64,000 nucleotides of DNA from the human T2T-CHM13v2.0 reference genome, Homo sapiens, in the NCBI RefSeq assembly GCF_009914755.1, contig NC_060931.1. One strand, given 5' to 3'. Every line of letters starts with the position of its first letter. Position 1 is the stretch's first letter. Both the position numbers and the translations under genes were made by a program. The notes under the pieces were generated by a model that was not told the origin of the DNA, searched no databases, and was given only the letters and a program-made list of their open reading frames with translations. This document shows, piece after piece, positions 1 through 13,014 of this stretch.

Positions 1-235
<235 letters not shown>

Positions 236-800
236 TTAATATGTAGGTCAACTGTATTTCAAGTCCTTAAGTTAATGAAAGAGAAACATATCAACAGGTG
301 ACCACTAATTCAAGGTAATGATATTATTGTACGATACTTAAAACTTAAACCAGATATTTTACCAAAGTGTTCTCATTTGTGAATTGAAGTTAGTTAAATC
401 CTATGATCTCAAGGATAATTCTCTTAACCCTTGGTATACCATTAGTATCCACAGGCATAATTTTTCATGAATTTCTTGTTTTGAGCTATTTTATTTGTAA
501 GAACTGATATTTCATGATTTCTGTTATTTCTTGGGAGGTCTTTCAAGGAATAAATAGAAAATGTACTTACTTTTAAAAAAATAGAACAAAACTCATTCTA
601 TCCTGTAATTACCATTAATTGGTCCATTGGACTTTTATAAACCTGAAATACATTATGGGATAATAGTGTTCTTATTTTTAATTTTTTTTTGCTAATTCAT
701 CATCCTAGGAGTTATTTCATCATTATTCATAAATTATTCCCAACTATGTTTTTTAAAAAAACTAAATAAGAAAACAGAAGAATGATGGACTTGCATAAAG

Positions 801-1010
801 CAATCATTCTCAACTGGAGATGATTTTGTCTCTAGAAGATATTTGGCAATGTCTGGAGACATTTTCCCTTGTCACAACTGAGGAGCATGCTACTGGCATC
901 TAAGAGGTAGAGGGCAAAGATGGTGCTAAATATCCTATACTGCACAAGACAGGCCCCCACAACAAATCACCTGACTGAAAAGGTTTGTATTGCCAAGGCT
1001 AAGAAACCAT
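801..1010 (+). mobile_element. MER20 (hAT-Charlie non-autonomous DNA transposon)
   Basis: Matches recalled MER20 blocks TTTGGCAATGTCTGGAGACATTTT, GTCACAACTG, TGCTACTGGCATCTA, ending AGAAACC. Confidence 0.88.
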
Positions 1011-1705
1011 TTTTAATTTTATGCCTACAATGGCATAAAAGAAGAAAATCAACAGAGAAAGATCTTTCAGAACTATCAGATTAATCAAAACATAAATGCA
1101 GAGACAGCAGTATACTAGATTCTAATTTTGATTGTGAAATTGGAAATCTCAAACTCTTGAGTCTTCAGAGGACAAGTCTAGATTAGTTTTCTGAAACTTA
1201 AGTATCAATGACTGAACAAAATATTTCTAAGGACAAAAAAGAATTATGATATCCTCACCTAGTCATTCAACATGAAGACCTTATTATACAATCTTTTACA
1301 ACAAGAATCTGAACCAACTTATTTTGCTAGAAGGACTTGTGATGGTAATGTTAATCTTTTATGATATTTGTGCCAAAAATTTATTTGAAATGATTCATAT
1401 GTGGACACATGCTGATGGCAGATACGCAAATAAAGGTGGATGAAAGAAAAAATATGTAAAAATTAAAAATGCATCAAATTATTCAAACTAGTGTTTAGAA
1501 ATCTAAAAATGAAAATATTTTGCAATTATGAAGCAAAGATGACTGACTTCAACAAAATTGCATGCTTTCAAAGTTCACAAAAGTATCAAGTTTTGACTAT
1601 GCAAATGCAAGAAGCACTAAGAGTAACGATAAGCTAGCACCTATCAGAGAGGTATTTCAAACTATTTACAGCTAACACCAGTCTAATCTTTAAAAAATTA
1701 AATAT

Positions 1706-1852
1706 AGGTCAGTCATGGTGACTCACACCTGTAATCCCAGCACTTCATGAGCCCAAGGCAGGAGGATCACTTGAGCCCATGAGTTCAAGACCAGCCTGGG
1801 CAATACAGTGAGACCCTGTCTCTACAAAGAAAACACTAAAAAAAAAAAAAAT
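1706..1852 (+). mobile_element. Alu left monomer (FLAM-like)
   Basis: Single Alu arm ending in an A-tail. Confidence 0.85.
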
Positions 1853-1860
1853 TAATTACA

Positions 1861-2151
<291 letters not shown>

Positions 2152-2626
2152 TTTAATTACAAAACAAGATGAATCATATGTTACTTTGCACAAATAACTA
2201 CTTAATCCTTAAGTAATGAGCTAGCTACCTGGTACATTAAAAATGTGATTAAAGTCATCTAATATTTAAGCACATTTATAGTGCATAAAGATTCTTCCTT
2301 ACTCTTTAATAAAATGGAAGAAAATCATTTGTGGAAACTAAAATTTCTTTAGTAAGATTTCAGAATACTAGGAAAATACTATTAGTTTCACTGTACACTT
2401 TGAAATTAAATCAAAAAGAAATTTGAGGCAAAACCTCAAAACTGCTATAACCTCTGTACTTTACTAGAACTGATTTCAAGGCAAAATGTTTGCCAAGGAC
2501 TTTCTGAGAGATGAATAAATGACAATGTTCTGAAAAACAGAAGAATCTCTTGAGTTTGATAGTACGATTCATAGCTTAAGGCTTTTAAAAAAATAATAGT
2601 GAAATAAAATTAGAAAAATGCTATAC

Positions 2627-2736
2627 CTTAACAGACTGCAAGATGCTAGTCCCATGCTCTGTTTCAATTTTGCAATTATCACCCTCAATACTTTGAACTT
2701 CTACACAGCCAGACCCTGATGACTTGATATCTAAAC
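2627..2736 (-). pseudogene. FAM185BP: FAM185 paralogue exon 2 (110 bp, open frame: (G)LDIKSSGSGCVEVQSIEGDNCKIETEHGTSILQSVK)
   Basis: Minus strand shows a polypyrimidine tract plus TAG acceptor and an AAG|GTATAG donor. The exon continues exon 1 in phase 1 and matches the FAM185A peptide as recalled. Confidence 0.9.
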
Positions 2737-3212
2737 CTAGAAGTAAAAAAAGAAAAAAGCAAGTTAGTACTGCAGTTTATAAGCTCCAAAGCATTTTAAC
2801 CTAGAAACCCAACTCCTCAGTTATGTCCATAATATTGCTGAATCCTGGAAAGTGCATACTGTAAAGGTAAGGGGTCTTCTACCACGGCAACGGGACCAAA
2901 TACAATAGCCTTTCTGCCCGTTTTTAGAAACAGAGCAGTTATTTCTACTGGCCTAAATCACCTAAAGAGAACTAACATAGATGGGAAGTAAAGGAGACTA
3001 CGATTCTGTTAAGTACTCCTGTGAAAGACTGTAGAAGCCTCTTCCCCAGTATATATGATCATGACTTAGGTTTTCAAATCCTATGTCTAACCTTTCATAC
3101 TTAAAAAATGAAAATATTACCATGCAACTATATCACAAGGTATTTGAAGTAATTTTTTAAAAATGGGAACAACTTTGAAAAACCTAATATATACTATTAA
3201 AACTACAAGATT

Positions 3213-3530
3213 AGGCCATGAGCCGTGGCTCATGCCTGTAATACCAGCACTTTGGGAGGCCGAGGAAGGAGGATTGCTTGAAGCCCAGGAGTTCAAGACC
3301 AGCCTGGACAACGTGGCAAAACTCCCTTTCTACAAAAAAACAAAAACATTAGCCAGGCATGGTAGCATGCACCTGTAGTCCCAGCTACTCAGGAGGCGGA
3401 GGCGAGAAGATTGCTTAAAACCGTGAAGTCAAGACTGCAGTGGGCTATGATTGTGCACCTGTACTCCAGCCTGCATGGCAGAGTGAGTGAGATGCAGTCT
3501 CAAAAAAAACCAAAACAAACAAACAAAAAA
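3213..3530 (+). mobile_element. AluJ
   Basis: Diverged Alu dimer with ACAAGATT on both flanks. Confidence 0.9.
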
Positions 3531-3714
3531 CCCCACAAGATTGTGGACAAGTGGCAGTGGTACATGAAGCAAGTTTGGAAAATAAGGAATTACAAATGCC
3601 ATCCTTGGCTGTCTATTTAAGATGTAACTGCAGGCATCGCTGTATACAAATTTTAAAAATTAAAAACGCTGATATTTAATTTGGAATTAACATAAATATT
3701 GATGATTTCTCTTA

Positions 3715-4003
3715 AAGTAGGCAAGACCCGCCCCCCCCCGACTTGATTCCTGAAACCACAAATAGTACCAAATCCTATATATTCTATGTTTTTTCCTGTA
3801 TACATATCAATGATCAAGTTTAATTTATAAACTAGGCATAGTAAGAGATGAACAACAATAATAATAAATACAGCAATTATAACAATATACTGTAATAAAA
3901 GTTATATTACTGTGATCTGTCAAAATATCTTAATATTTTCCTACAACAGTTGAGGCAGGTAACAAACTCAGACAGCCAAACGGTAGATAAGGGAGGACTA
4001 CGG
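3715..4003 (-). mobile_element. MER44A-like (Tigger7-derived) element
   Basis: GATAAGGGAGGACTAC terminus and internal AAGTTTAATTTATAAA-TAGGCA-AGTAAGAGAT block. Confidence 0.8.
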
Positions 4004-4777
4004 CATCTACTATTTGGGCAACTGTAAGCATTATAAAAGATGATCTTAAAAATGCTAAGTGCTATTATTATTACCATCATCATCATCATCAATATCTTCC
4101 TTCAGTCCCAGGAAGAATGACAGTCTGGGGAGCCCTTCCTAGAAAAGTGTGTGTACACAGTGGCTTCCCATTTAGGAAAACCTAAGAAAGGTATCTTGCA
4201 GGCATTATTATTGAAGCTTCCTAGGCAGGCTTACCATGTGTTTTTCTTCAAAGCTTGCTACTCATGGAAAACTTAGGCCAAAAAGAATGGAAACATAACA
4301 GTAAGAAGCTGGGCGCCCGTCTAAAACCAAATACTCAAACCAGGTGGTACCTGGAACATCCTATTGACAGGGCTGTTTTGGGACACACCCCCAGGCTGTG
4401 AGCAAGGGGAAATGTAGATGGACTGCCATACCATTGAATGAATTGTCAAGAAACTTCAACCTTGAAAAATAAGCCAGTTTGCTAATGACAACGGGATAAA
4501 GAAGAACACAAGCGGCTCCAGAAATAGAATTTGACCTGGATTATACCAAATCGTGTTTCCATTCGATGTATAAAATTTCTATAATTGGGAACCTAATTTT
4601 TTAAATACTACTCGGATACTCAAGAATAGAACAGAGGAAAAGTTGCATTTCCGAAGGGGCCAACTGTAAATTAGGTTTAGAAAGCCAGGACCAATTAAAA
4701 GTGCACGTCGACCAAATTTATTAAGTTCACTGTGCGTTCCCTGGGACCCAAACCCGTTTTCACTTCACTTCACTTGC

Positions 4778-5228
4778 CAAACTTCAGGGGCGCGTTCACC
4801 TCCACGGACGCCTGGGGGTGGATAGTATCAGACACAATGGCCATCTCCTCCAGATCCTCGTCGTACTTCACCTGCAGGCCGTCCAGGCCCCGCACGCCGC
4901 CCTCCACGCCGCACACCGCGACCAGCACGCGGTCGCCATCCGGGTAGGTGAGGGGGTCCAGGGGCCTCACGGCCAGGTGGCACGGGAGCCGCGCCCGCAG
5001 CCGACCGAACGGGCTCACCTGCAGTGTCCACTCCTTCAGAGTTCGGGGCGCCGGGCCAGGCGGAGGGACCTCAGTCTCCGATCCGGGCCAGCGCTCGCCC
5101 CTACCTGAGCTGTACGGCCTGGCTTGGCAAGCCCAGCAAGACCAGCGCCCAGCGCCAGCCCACAGTCGGACCTGACGGAGACAGAGACGGAAGCAGCCAA
5201 GCTCCCAACCTGAACAGGGGGCAAGCAT
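4778..5228 (-). pseudogene. FAM185BP: FAM185 paralogue exon 1 coding portion (451 nt, MLAPCSGWELGCFRLCLRQ...NAPLKF)
   Basis: Open ORF nearly identical to the recalled FAM185A N-terminus; good Kozak (GCGCCATG); donor TTG|GCAAGT. Head-to-head position with CCDC146 indicates the B copy. Confidence 0.88.
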
Positions 5229-5718
5229 GGCGCGCCTCTCTCGCCAGTCCTCAGAACACTTCAGCCACAGGGAGGGTCACTTGCCACGGCCAATCGACTT
5301 GGCCACTGTGCCGCCTCAAGTCAAATAGGAGACGTAAATCAGGGTTTGCTGAAACAAGAGCGAGCCGGTTGGCTTGACTAGGCGATGTAAACATCAGCTG
5401 CGTAATCCCCAGGGGCAAGTTGGGATTTGAAAGCTCTGAACTCTGACCTGGAACCCTTGCCTAAGTCCACCCCCTTTCGCTAAGGCCGACGGGATACGTA
5501 GTTCTAAAGCGGTGGAAAGTCGCAGAGCTCCGCCTCTTAGAAACCACATATCCCAGGAGGCAATGCGCAGGGGAGCACGGGTAAGAGGGCAGGTGTTAGA
5601 ATCGCTGGAAAGGCGGGCGCCCTTTGTTTCAAGACCATTGGCTATTGGAGGGGCGGTACATGGGAGGCCACTGGCCAATGGGAAGCACGGAAGGGGGCAA
5701 CGAGGGTAAAGCTGCGTG

Positions 5719-5732
5719 GTCACCTTGGATAC
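5719..5732 (+). promoter_or_regulatory. RFX X-box-like site (GTCACCTTGGATAC) near the CCDC146 start site
   Basis: Fits a 14-bp X-box with a GGATAC half-site; CCDC146 is a cilia/flagella gene, a class typically regulated by RFX. Confidence 0.7.
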
Positions 5733-5844
5733 CAAGGACGCGACTTCTTGTTTGGAGAGGGTGGAGCTTTGGAGTGAGACCCAGGAGGCCAAATCCCAAA
5801 GAGAAAAATAGGAGCCTAAATAAGGATCAGGACCAAGGGAAGGG
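5725..5844 (+). other. CCDC146: CCDC146 exon 1 (non-coding; 5' end approximate)
   Basis: Strong donor GGG|GTAAGA at 5844/5845 at the island edge; no ATG in the exon; the next exon carries the start codon. Confidence 0.75.
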
Positions 5845-6514
5845 GTAAGAAACTGCGCTTTTTAAGTTGACAACTAGGTGCAAACTAGGAGTAACCTCTG
5901 TGGATGTCAAGATCCAAGCTTCACTAACCTAGTGCGGGCATCTCCAGGGCATGGAGAATGCCTTGGTAAGAGAGTAAAGAGCAAGATTGGTGCTTTTTGA
6001 GGGAATTGCCTCTTTGGAAGTGTATTCCCTCCTATATTCCAAATATAGGAATAGAGTACTTGCTCCGTCCTGACCCTAAGTGACCTTACTTTGGGTTTTA
6101 ATTTGCTCACTTTAAAAATGTAGATAATAATACCTTCCTTGCCTTGCCTCAAAGGGTTTTTGTAAGGATCAAGTAAGAAAATGGATGGGACCGTGGTGCA
6201 CAGTCTACAAAATTACCGTGTAAAGTACTGTATTTTTATTTCAACGTACTTAACATTGATTCTGAGTTACCAAGAAAATTATGAGAGATCAGAACTTGTT
6301 TTGAGAATAGCATTGATCTCTTTGACTACAAATGATCATCAGTTTTAGAGTGAAAAAAAAAAAAGACACAAAAAAGAGAGTCACCATGGTGCGGTGGAAA
6401 GAGCAGGGACAAGGGTCAGATTATTTTCCTGGCTCTGCCACTGCTTCATCTGTGTCACCTAGACCTGTTTCTTTAGTTTTAAAATGAAGAAAGATGGTTC
6501 TAAATGACCCTATA

Positions 6515-6516
<2 letters not shown>

Positions 6517-6574
<58 letters not shown>
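6517..6574 (+). repeat. (GT)29 microsatellite
   Basis: Perfect dinucleotide run. Confidence 0.97.
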
Positions 6575-6576
<2 letters not shown>

Positions 6577-8027
6577 ACCTTTTATAATTCTATGGGCAGT
6601 AAAATAATGGGAACAGAAAGATTTATTTTCTTCTTTTTTTCTTCTTTCCTGACTGGTTTCTCTCTCCCCCTCTGTGCCCCTACTTCCTCCTAAAATGTAT
6701 TCCCTAAATTATTTAGCCAAGACACCTGCAAACACTAACATTTCATAAAATGCAAGTGCCTTAAAAAATTGAAGCCCTTACCCAAGTACAATGACCAGAA
6801 TTCTTGGGGCTATCGTGATAGATAGACTGGGCTAAAGTTCTCATGGGTACAAGTCTCAGGTTCTCTGCTAGCCACTACCTTTTTAAAATTTTTAAAAATT
6901 CAGCGTTCTCTTAAGTTATCATTGCCTCTTTTCTGTCCTTCTAGTCCTTGCTCCCTCCTTATTCTTCTTTCGGTGAAGACTCACTCATTATAGGTGCTAG
7001 CTCAGGTTCAGCAAGGGCCCACTGCAATAGTTCTTTTCTTGTCTTTGTGTTTCATTGGTTATAATTATTCAGAATAATCTTCAAACTATTTTTTATGAAA
7101 ATTGACAGGTGTAACTTTGAAAAGAAATTTGAAAAAGGCACTGGTTTAAGGAAGTTGAGAATGTACTCAAATTTTCTGTAGAAACACTAGACATTTTTAG
7201 ATTAAATATTAATTCTTAATAGTTAATTCTGTGTCTATGGTAATTTTTCCGTTTCTGAGACAAACTAAGTTAATGGAATTGGCAACTGAACTATAATTTT
7301 CTATGTTGCATAATCATTATTTTACTTTTTCAAACAAAAACCAAATAGAATTGACTGAAAATTTACTTTGCTGATCATACAAGGTTGAAAATGGAGAAAA
7401 TTATTAATATTAAGATTGGTATAAAATAGTTAAAGTTATAGACACTTAAAAACAGTATAATGAGTATCAAATCTGTCCACATATCAACAATGATTAATAA
7501 AAGTTGTATCTTCCATCCATATGACATTATAATTGTCAAACCATGTTCACATGCGTCATCTCACTGTATCCTCACTAATTAGGAGGGAAATTATTCTCCT
7601 CACACTATAGATGGGGAAACAGATTCAGAAACATTAAGATTAAGCAATTAGAAGGTCTGGCCCTTTTATCACTCTACCAAAACGTCCATTTTCCTGACAC
7701 CTTTGAAGAAAAAATGAAATTATTCACCTCATAAGTAGAAAATTATATACAACTTTTTTCTCCTTATTTAGAGTTTGTTTCTAAGATATTTTCACATCTT
7801 AGTTTAAAAAAGCTATTTCTGTGGTCATGAACATATACTTCTGGTAGGAGTGTTAAGTTAGCACAAAATTTTTAGAGTTCAATTCAGCAATAAGAATGAA
7901 AAGCTTTTTCTATGACTCAGAAATTGTGCTTTTGGGGATGTAAGCATAAAATTAGGGATGCTCAAGGAATTATGTTTTATAGGGTTACTTGTAAGAGAAA
8001 ATAATTGCATCAATTTAAATGCTCCCT

Positions 8028-8321
<294 letters not shown>

Positions 8322-9019
8322 TGTTAAATGCTCCCAAATAAGACAGTATTACATAAATTAGTATATAGCTGATATATTATGCAACAATTTAAACATATCT
8401 TGATATGGGAAATAGTCCATATATAAAGTGAAAAGAATATATACAAAATTGCACGTATAGTATGATCTCAATTGTGTAATAATAATAATAAATTTAACAT
8501 AAAATTATACTTTACAGAAACAATTCCAGAGGGATATATACCACTTGATAACAGTTGTTATCTTTAAGCAGTGATATGATGAGTGGTTACTGCAATTTTT
8601 TGTGTGTTATCAATAGTGAAAATATATTACATTTATAAGAAAACAATTTTAAAGCATTTCTTAGCATATATTGTTTCCTAAAACTGACTCAAATAATCAG
8701 ATGGGCAGAAGATTTCTTACCATCTAGATATAAATGTCAACGAATATTTTATTTAATGATTTATGTTCAATAAATGGACAGCAGAGGTCATAAGAGAGTT
8801 TTCAGAAGAAAAGGTAACCAAAACAAAGAATTCAGCAATTTAGCTTAAGAGAAAAGCCATAAGAATTTAACTTTCTGAATTATAAACTATTTAAAAAGAG
8901 ATATATCTTATGACTTCTATTATTCTTATGAAATATTAATAAACTCAACAATCTTAACTAATAACTATCAACATTGAGAAGTATTTAATGAATATATATA
9001 GGTACTAATTCTATTTGAA

Positions 9020-10760
9020 ATCTCTATGTGAAACTGCAAATAGACAGTTTTATTTCTTCCTTTCTCATCTGTATGGCTTTTCTTTCCTAGTGTTATTGCA
9101 CTGGCTAAGACCGCCACTACAATATTGAGTTGGAGTGGCAAAAGCAAAAATCCTTGATTTATTTCCTATTTATGAGGGAAATTTCAACAACAATTAGGAA
9201 GTTAGCAGTAGATTTTTAAAGATGCCCTTTAGCAAGTTAAGGAAGTTTACTTTCTAATTTGCTTAGACTTTTTATCATAAGTGAATGTTGCATTTTGTCA
9301 AATGCTTTTTCTGTATCTATGAAGATGATCATATTGTTTTTCTTCTGATTTATTGATATGTGTATTACAGTGATTGATTTTCAAGTGTTTCATTCCCTCA
9401 ATAAGCTACATTTCATCATGTTATTGTCAGGGAGTTTTGGGTTGTCAATTTCCTGGCCAGAAACCTCTGTGGCCACAGCACCTTTGCCCGAATTCTTGTC
9501 CTGCATCCAGGAAGAATGAGGTACGCAGACAAGTGAAGGGTGAACGAGACGAAGATGAGCTTTATTAAGTGTTACAAGAGCTCAGAGGAGACCCACAGTG
9601 GGTAGCTCCTCTCTGTAGGAAGATCATCTGTCCAGCATTCAGTTCTCATTAGAGAGGTGGCCCTGGAGAGGGTAGCTCCTCTCTACTACTGGTTGTCCCA
9701 ATGTCTGCAGCTCTCAGTGGAGAGGAGGCCCTGGAGAGGGTGCCTCCTGTCTGCTGGCAGGTTGTCTCTGAAGCTCTCGGCAGAGACGGTAGCTCCTTTC
9801 TGCAGCTGGTCCTTGTGTAGTCTGTCTATCCTCTTCGTCCTTTGGCCATCGTCTGCCCTGCTCTGGCTGAGCCCAGGGCTTTTATGGACCTCAGAGGGGA
9901 GGAAGTGCATGCTGATTGGTCCATGGGCAGCCATGGGCTGCTGGAAGAGGCCCCATGAGTCCCCAAACTGGTATGCAGGACCAGCAGTTGGCCCCCAGCC
10001 TTCAGGCCCTCCCTGGACTGAAGGTAGAGCCTTACTGGGGACCTGCCCCCTTCCACCCAAGAATCTGTCTGCCTCCCGCTGCCATTCATGGCCCCAGGGC
10101 TCAACCCCAACCCCACTCCAAGATCTGAGCCAGCTCCAGGAGAGGAGAGAGGTCAGGCAGCGGGAGCAGACACCCCAAGCCTGCAGGGATGGGGGGCCTT
10201 CCGGGGCACCAGAGGGTACAGGCTGCAGAGATGCCTGGGTCCCGTGGGTGAGAGGGCAGTGGCAGCTGCACCCAGGGAGCTCCCGCAGGCCAACTCAGCA
10301 GGGGCGGGATTCCCCAGCTCCTGCCTGCTCCATGTTGTGGGAGGCCCAGGTCAGCAGCTGCTGGTCAGGCGGCTGCAGCTGCACCCAAGAGGGCAGATCC
10401 TGCCTGTTCCCAGCCCCACTTCAAGAGCGCAGGGAGGCTCAGATCTACAGCTGCAGTTTGGGCGGCTGTAGCACCGTCCAGGAGGGTGGGGCTCCTGACT
10501 GCCCCATGGAGTGGGAGGCCTGGGTCTGCAGTCTCAGCCTTTCCTCCCTACTGCAGCCAGCGTGATGGCACCAGCCACTGCCATCATTATCTTTTCTATA
10601 AATTGCTAGATTCAACTTGCTAAATTTGTGAGGATTTTTACATTTTATTTTCATGAAGGATATTGGTCCAAAGTATTCTTTCATGTCTTTTTCTGGTTTT
10701 GATATTAGGGTAAAATTAGAAGGGCAAATGTTGCCTCTTTTATTTTATGGAAGATTGTTA
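9020..10760 (-). mobile_element. Old L1M ORF2 fragment, split by the MER52 LTR
   Basis: Degenerate antisense ORF2 (TTGTCAAATGCTTTTTCTGTATCTAT...) continues on both sides of the LTR. Confidence 0.75.
9425..10586 (-). mobile_element. MER52-family solo LTR (ERV1)
   Basis: TG...CA termini, perfect 4-bp TSD TTAT (9421-9424, 10587-10590), GC-rich body, minus-strand AATAAA near 9561-9566. Confidence 0.88.
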
Positions 10761-12161
10761 GAATATTGTTAATATGGTTTAGTTTTATTTGTCCTGCTCA
10801 GAAGTCAATACGCTTTCTTTGTCTAAAGTCTCCAATTTATAAACCTTCAGCGTTTCCTTGCTCTTTCTATTCTTTACTTTTGGAGCTCTCATTTAGACAT
10901 GTATTTTAATTTCTCATTCTGTCATCCATATCCCTTAACTGTGTTTATATGATTTATGCCTCTTCATCTTTTCGTATTTCATTCTGGATGATTTCCTCAA
11001 ATCTATGTTCTAATTCATTAATTCCTTCCCAATCTTTGCTAATCCATTGTTTAATATCTGCATTGAATTTTTCATCCCAATGACTATATTATCATTTCTA
11101 GAATATTTATTTGGTTCTTTAAAAAATCTATTTTCTCTTATTTTAAACTGCTCCGTTTATTTTACTGTGGTTTCTTTACCTTCTCTTGCCTTTTTAATTA
11201 TTTTAAACATACTGATGCAAAATTATTCTAGTCTGTTCTGTTATGAGGTTGCTGTTTCTCTTTTGCTACATAAACAAACTCTGTTTCATGGTGGTTTATT
11301 TCTTGTCATGGCTTATAAATTTTTATTTATAGCTCATCTTCAGCGGGAGTTCTCTTTTCTGAAAATCCTTTACATTCTAGATTACAATAAAATTTTTCTT
11401 GTTCCCTGTAGAACAATTTTGGATTTGCTTCAGTCAGAACTCGACCAATTTCCATGGTCATGGGCCAGGTTTTCGATTTTTATTTCCTTTTATTTTTGCT
11501 TCATTTCCTTCTGTGCAAAGTAATTCATTCATACAAAAGAATAAAGTATGAATAAAGTCTAAAGAATAATAGTAAAAAGAACATCTTTATGCCTAACACC
11601 CAGTTTAAGAAATAAGACATACCAATAAGTTTCAGTTTCCTTGTTTCTTTTTTCCTCCTTTATCTTCTGGCTTTCACTTAAAAGCAGGCTGAATTGAGAA
11701 CTGTGTAGAAGAAAAGGGGCTCCTGCCACACAGAAATTGTAGGGAAATCCCGATTTTTTTCTTTCCGTTTTGGTCTGCTGGCCCTGCCACAAAGCCAGCT
11801 CCAAACATAGATTTGCACTGCCACTGCCAGGCTGTGAGGTTTCCTAAGAATAAAAGAGAACACTGTCTCTCTGAATAGAGGAACTGGAAAGAGAGTGTGT
11901 GGGGGAATCCCGATACTCTTTCTCTCTTTTTCTTGATATTTTACCTCGAGGGCAGCCCCAAGTACTTAGAAGTGAATGGCAGCATAAGGCAAAATCTTTA
12001 AGACAGCCTGATCCTTTTGGCCATAACAAAAGGGGCCCACAAAAACTGTAAAGTGTAGCCGAAATCCCATGTAGAAGAGAACTAGAGAAGGTGATCCTAA
12101 TTCTATGTTTGAAACTACGTAAGTAACAGGGTCAGCCCTACTCCTGCACAAACATGGAGTA

Positions 12162-12752
12162 CAGTAGGCCCCTCTTATCTTTGGCTTTGCTTTCTGAGGT
12201 TTCAGTTTCCCATGATGAACTGCAGTCTGAAAATATTAAATGGAAAATTCTGGAAATAACTTGTAAATTTTAAATTGCACACAGTTCTGAGAACATGATG
12301 AAATCTTGCACTGTCTCACTCCATCCTTTGTGCAGCATATCCACACTGTCTACCCTACCCACCCAATTGTCACTCAGTAGCTTAGCTGTTTTGGTTATCA
12401 GATTTGCTGTTGTGATATCTCAGTGCTCGTATTCAAGTAACCCTTATTTTACTTAATAATGGCTCCAAAGCACAAGAGTAGTAATGCCAGCAATTAGGAC
12501 ATACCAAAGAGAAGCCATAAAGTATTTCCTGTGAGTGAAAAAGTGAAACATTCTCAATTTAATAAGGAAAGAAAAAAACTATATGCTGAGATTGCTAAGA
12601 TCTAAGGTTAGAATGAATCTTCTGCCTGTGAAATTGTGAAGAATGAAAAATAAATTAATTCATAGTGTATATAGAGTTTGGTACCAATCCTGGTTTCAGT
12701 CATCCACTGGGGATCTTGGAACATATCCCCCATGAATAAGGAGATACTACTG
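12162..12752 (+). mobile_element. MER44B-like (Tigger7-derived) element
   Basis: TIRs CAGTAG...CTACTG with TA target duplication on both sides. Confidence 0.85.
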
Positions 12753-13014
12753 TAATCTCTACTGATCTGTCTTCAAGTTCACTGATTTTCTCCTTGTTCA
12801 AATCTACCATTGAACCCCCCCAGCGAATTTTTCAATTATTATAATTTTCTACTTAGGAATTTCAATTTGGTTTCCTAAAAATTTCTACTTATTGATATTC
12901 TCTGATGAATTACATCATACTCTTCTTTAATTCTTTAAATATGGTTTCCTTTCATTCTTCAAACATATTTATAATATCTGCTTTGAAGTCACTGTTAAAT
13001 CAGACACCTGCCCA

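Larger units (their letters stand above)
4700..5850. promoter_or_regulatory. CpG island / bidirectional promoter of FAM185BP and CCDC146
   Basis: Sharp rise in GC and CpG content; CCAAT at 5290-5294 and 5675-5679; ATTGG at 5637-5641 and 5644-5648; GC box GGGGCGG at 5650-5656; no obvious TATA box. Confidence 0.88.

Noticed and set aside
4732-5848. Multiple overlapping ORFs in the CpG island
   Set aside because: Expected from high GC content; only the FAM185 frame has homology and splice support.
9657-10565. 302-aa ORF
   Set aside because: GTG start, wholly within the antisense strand of a GC-rich MER52 LTR, and no recognisable domain.
11047-11523. 158-aa hydrophobic ORF
   Set aside because: TTG start in T-rich, probably degenerate antisense L1 sequence; compositional artefact.
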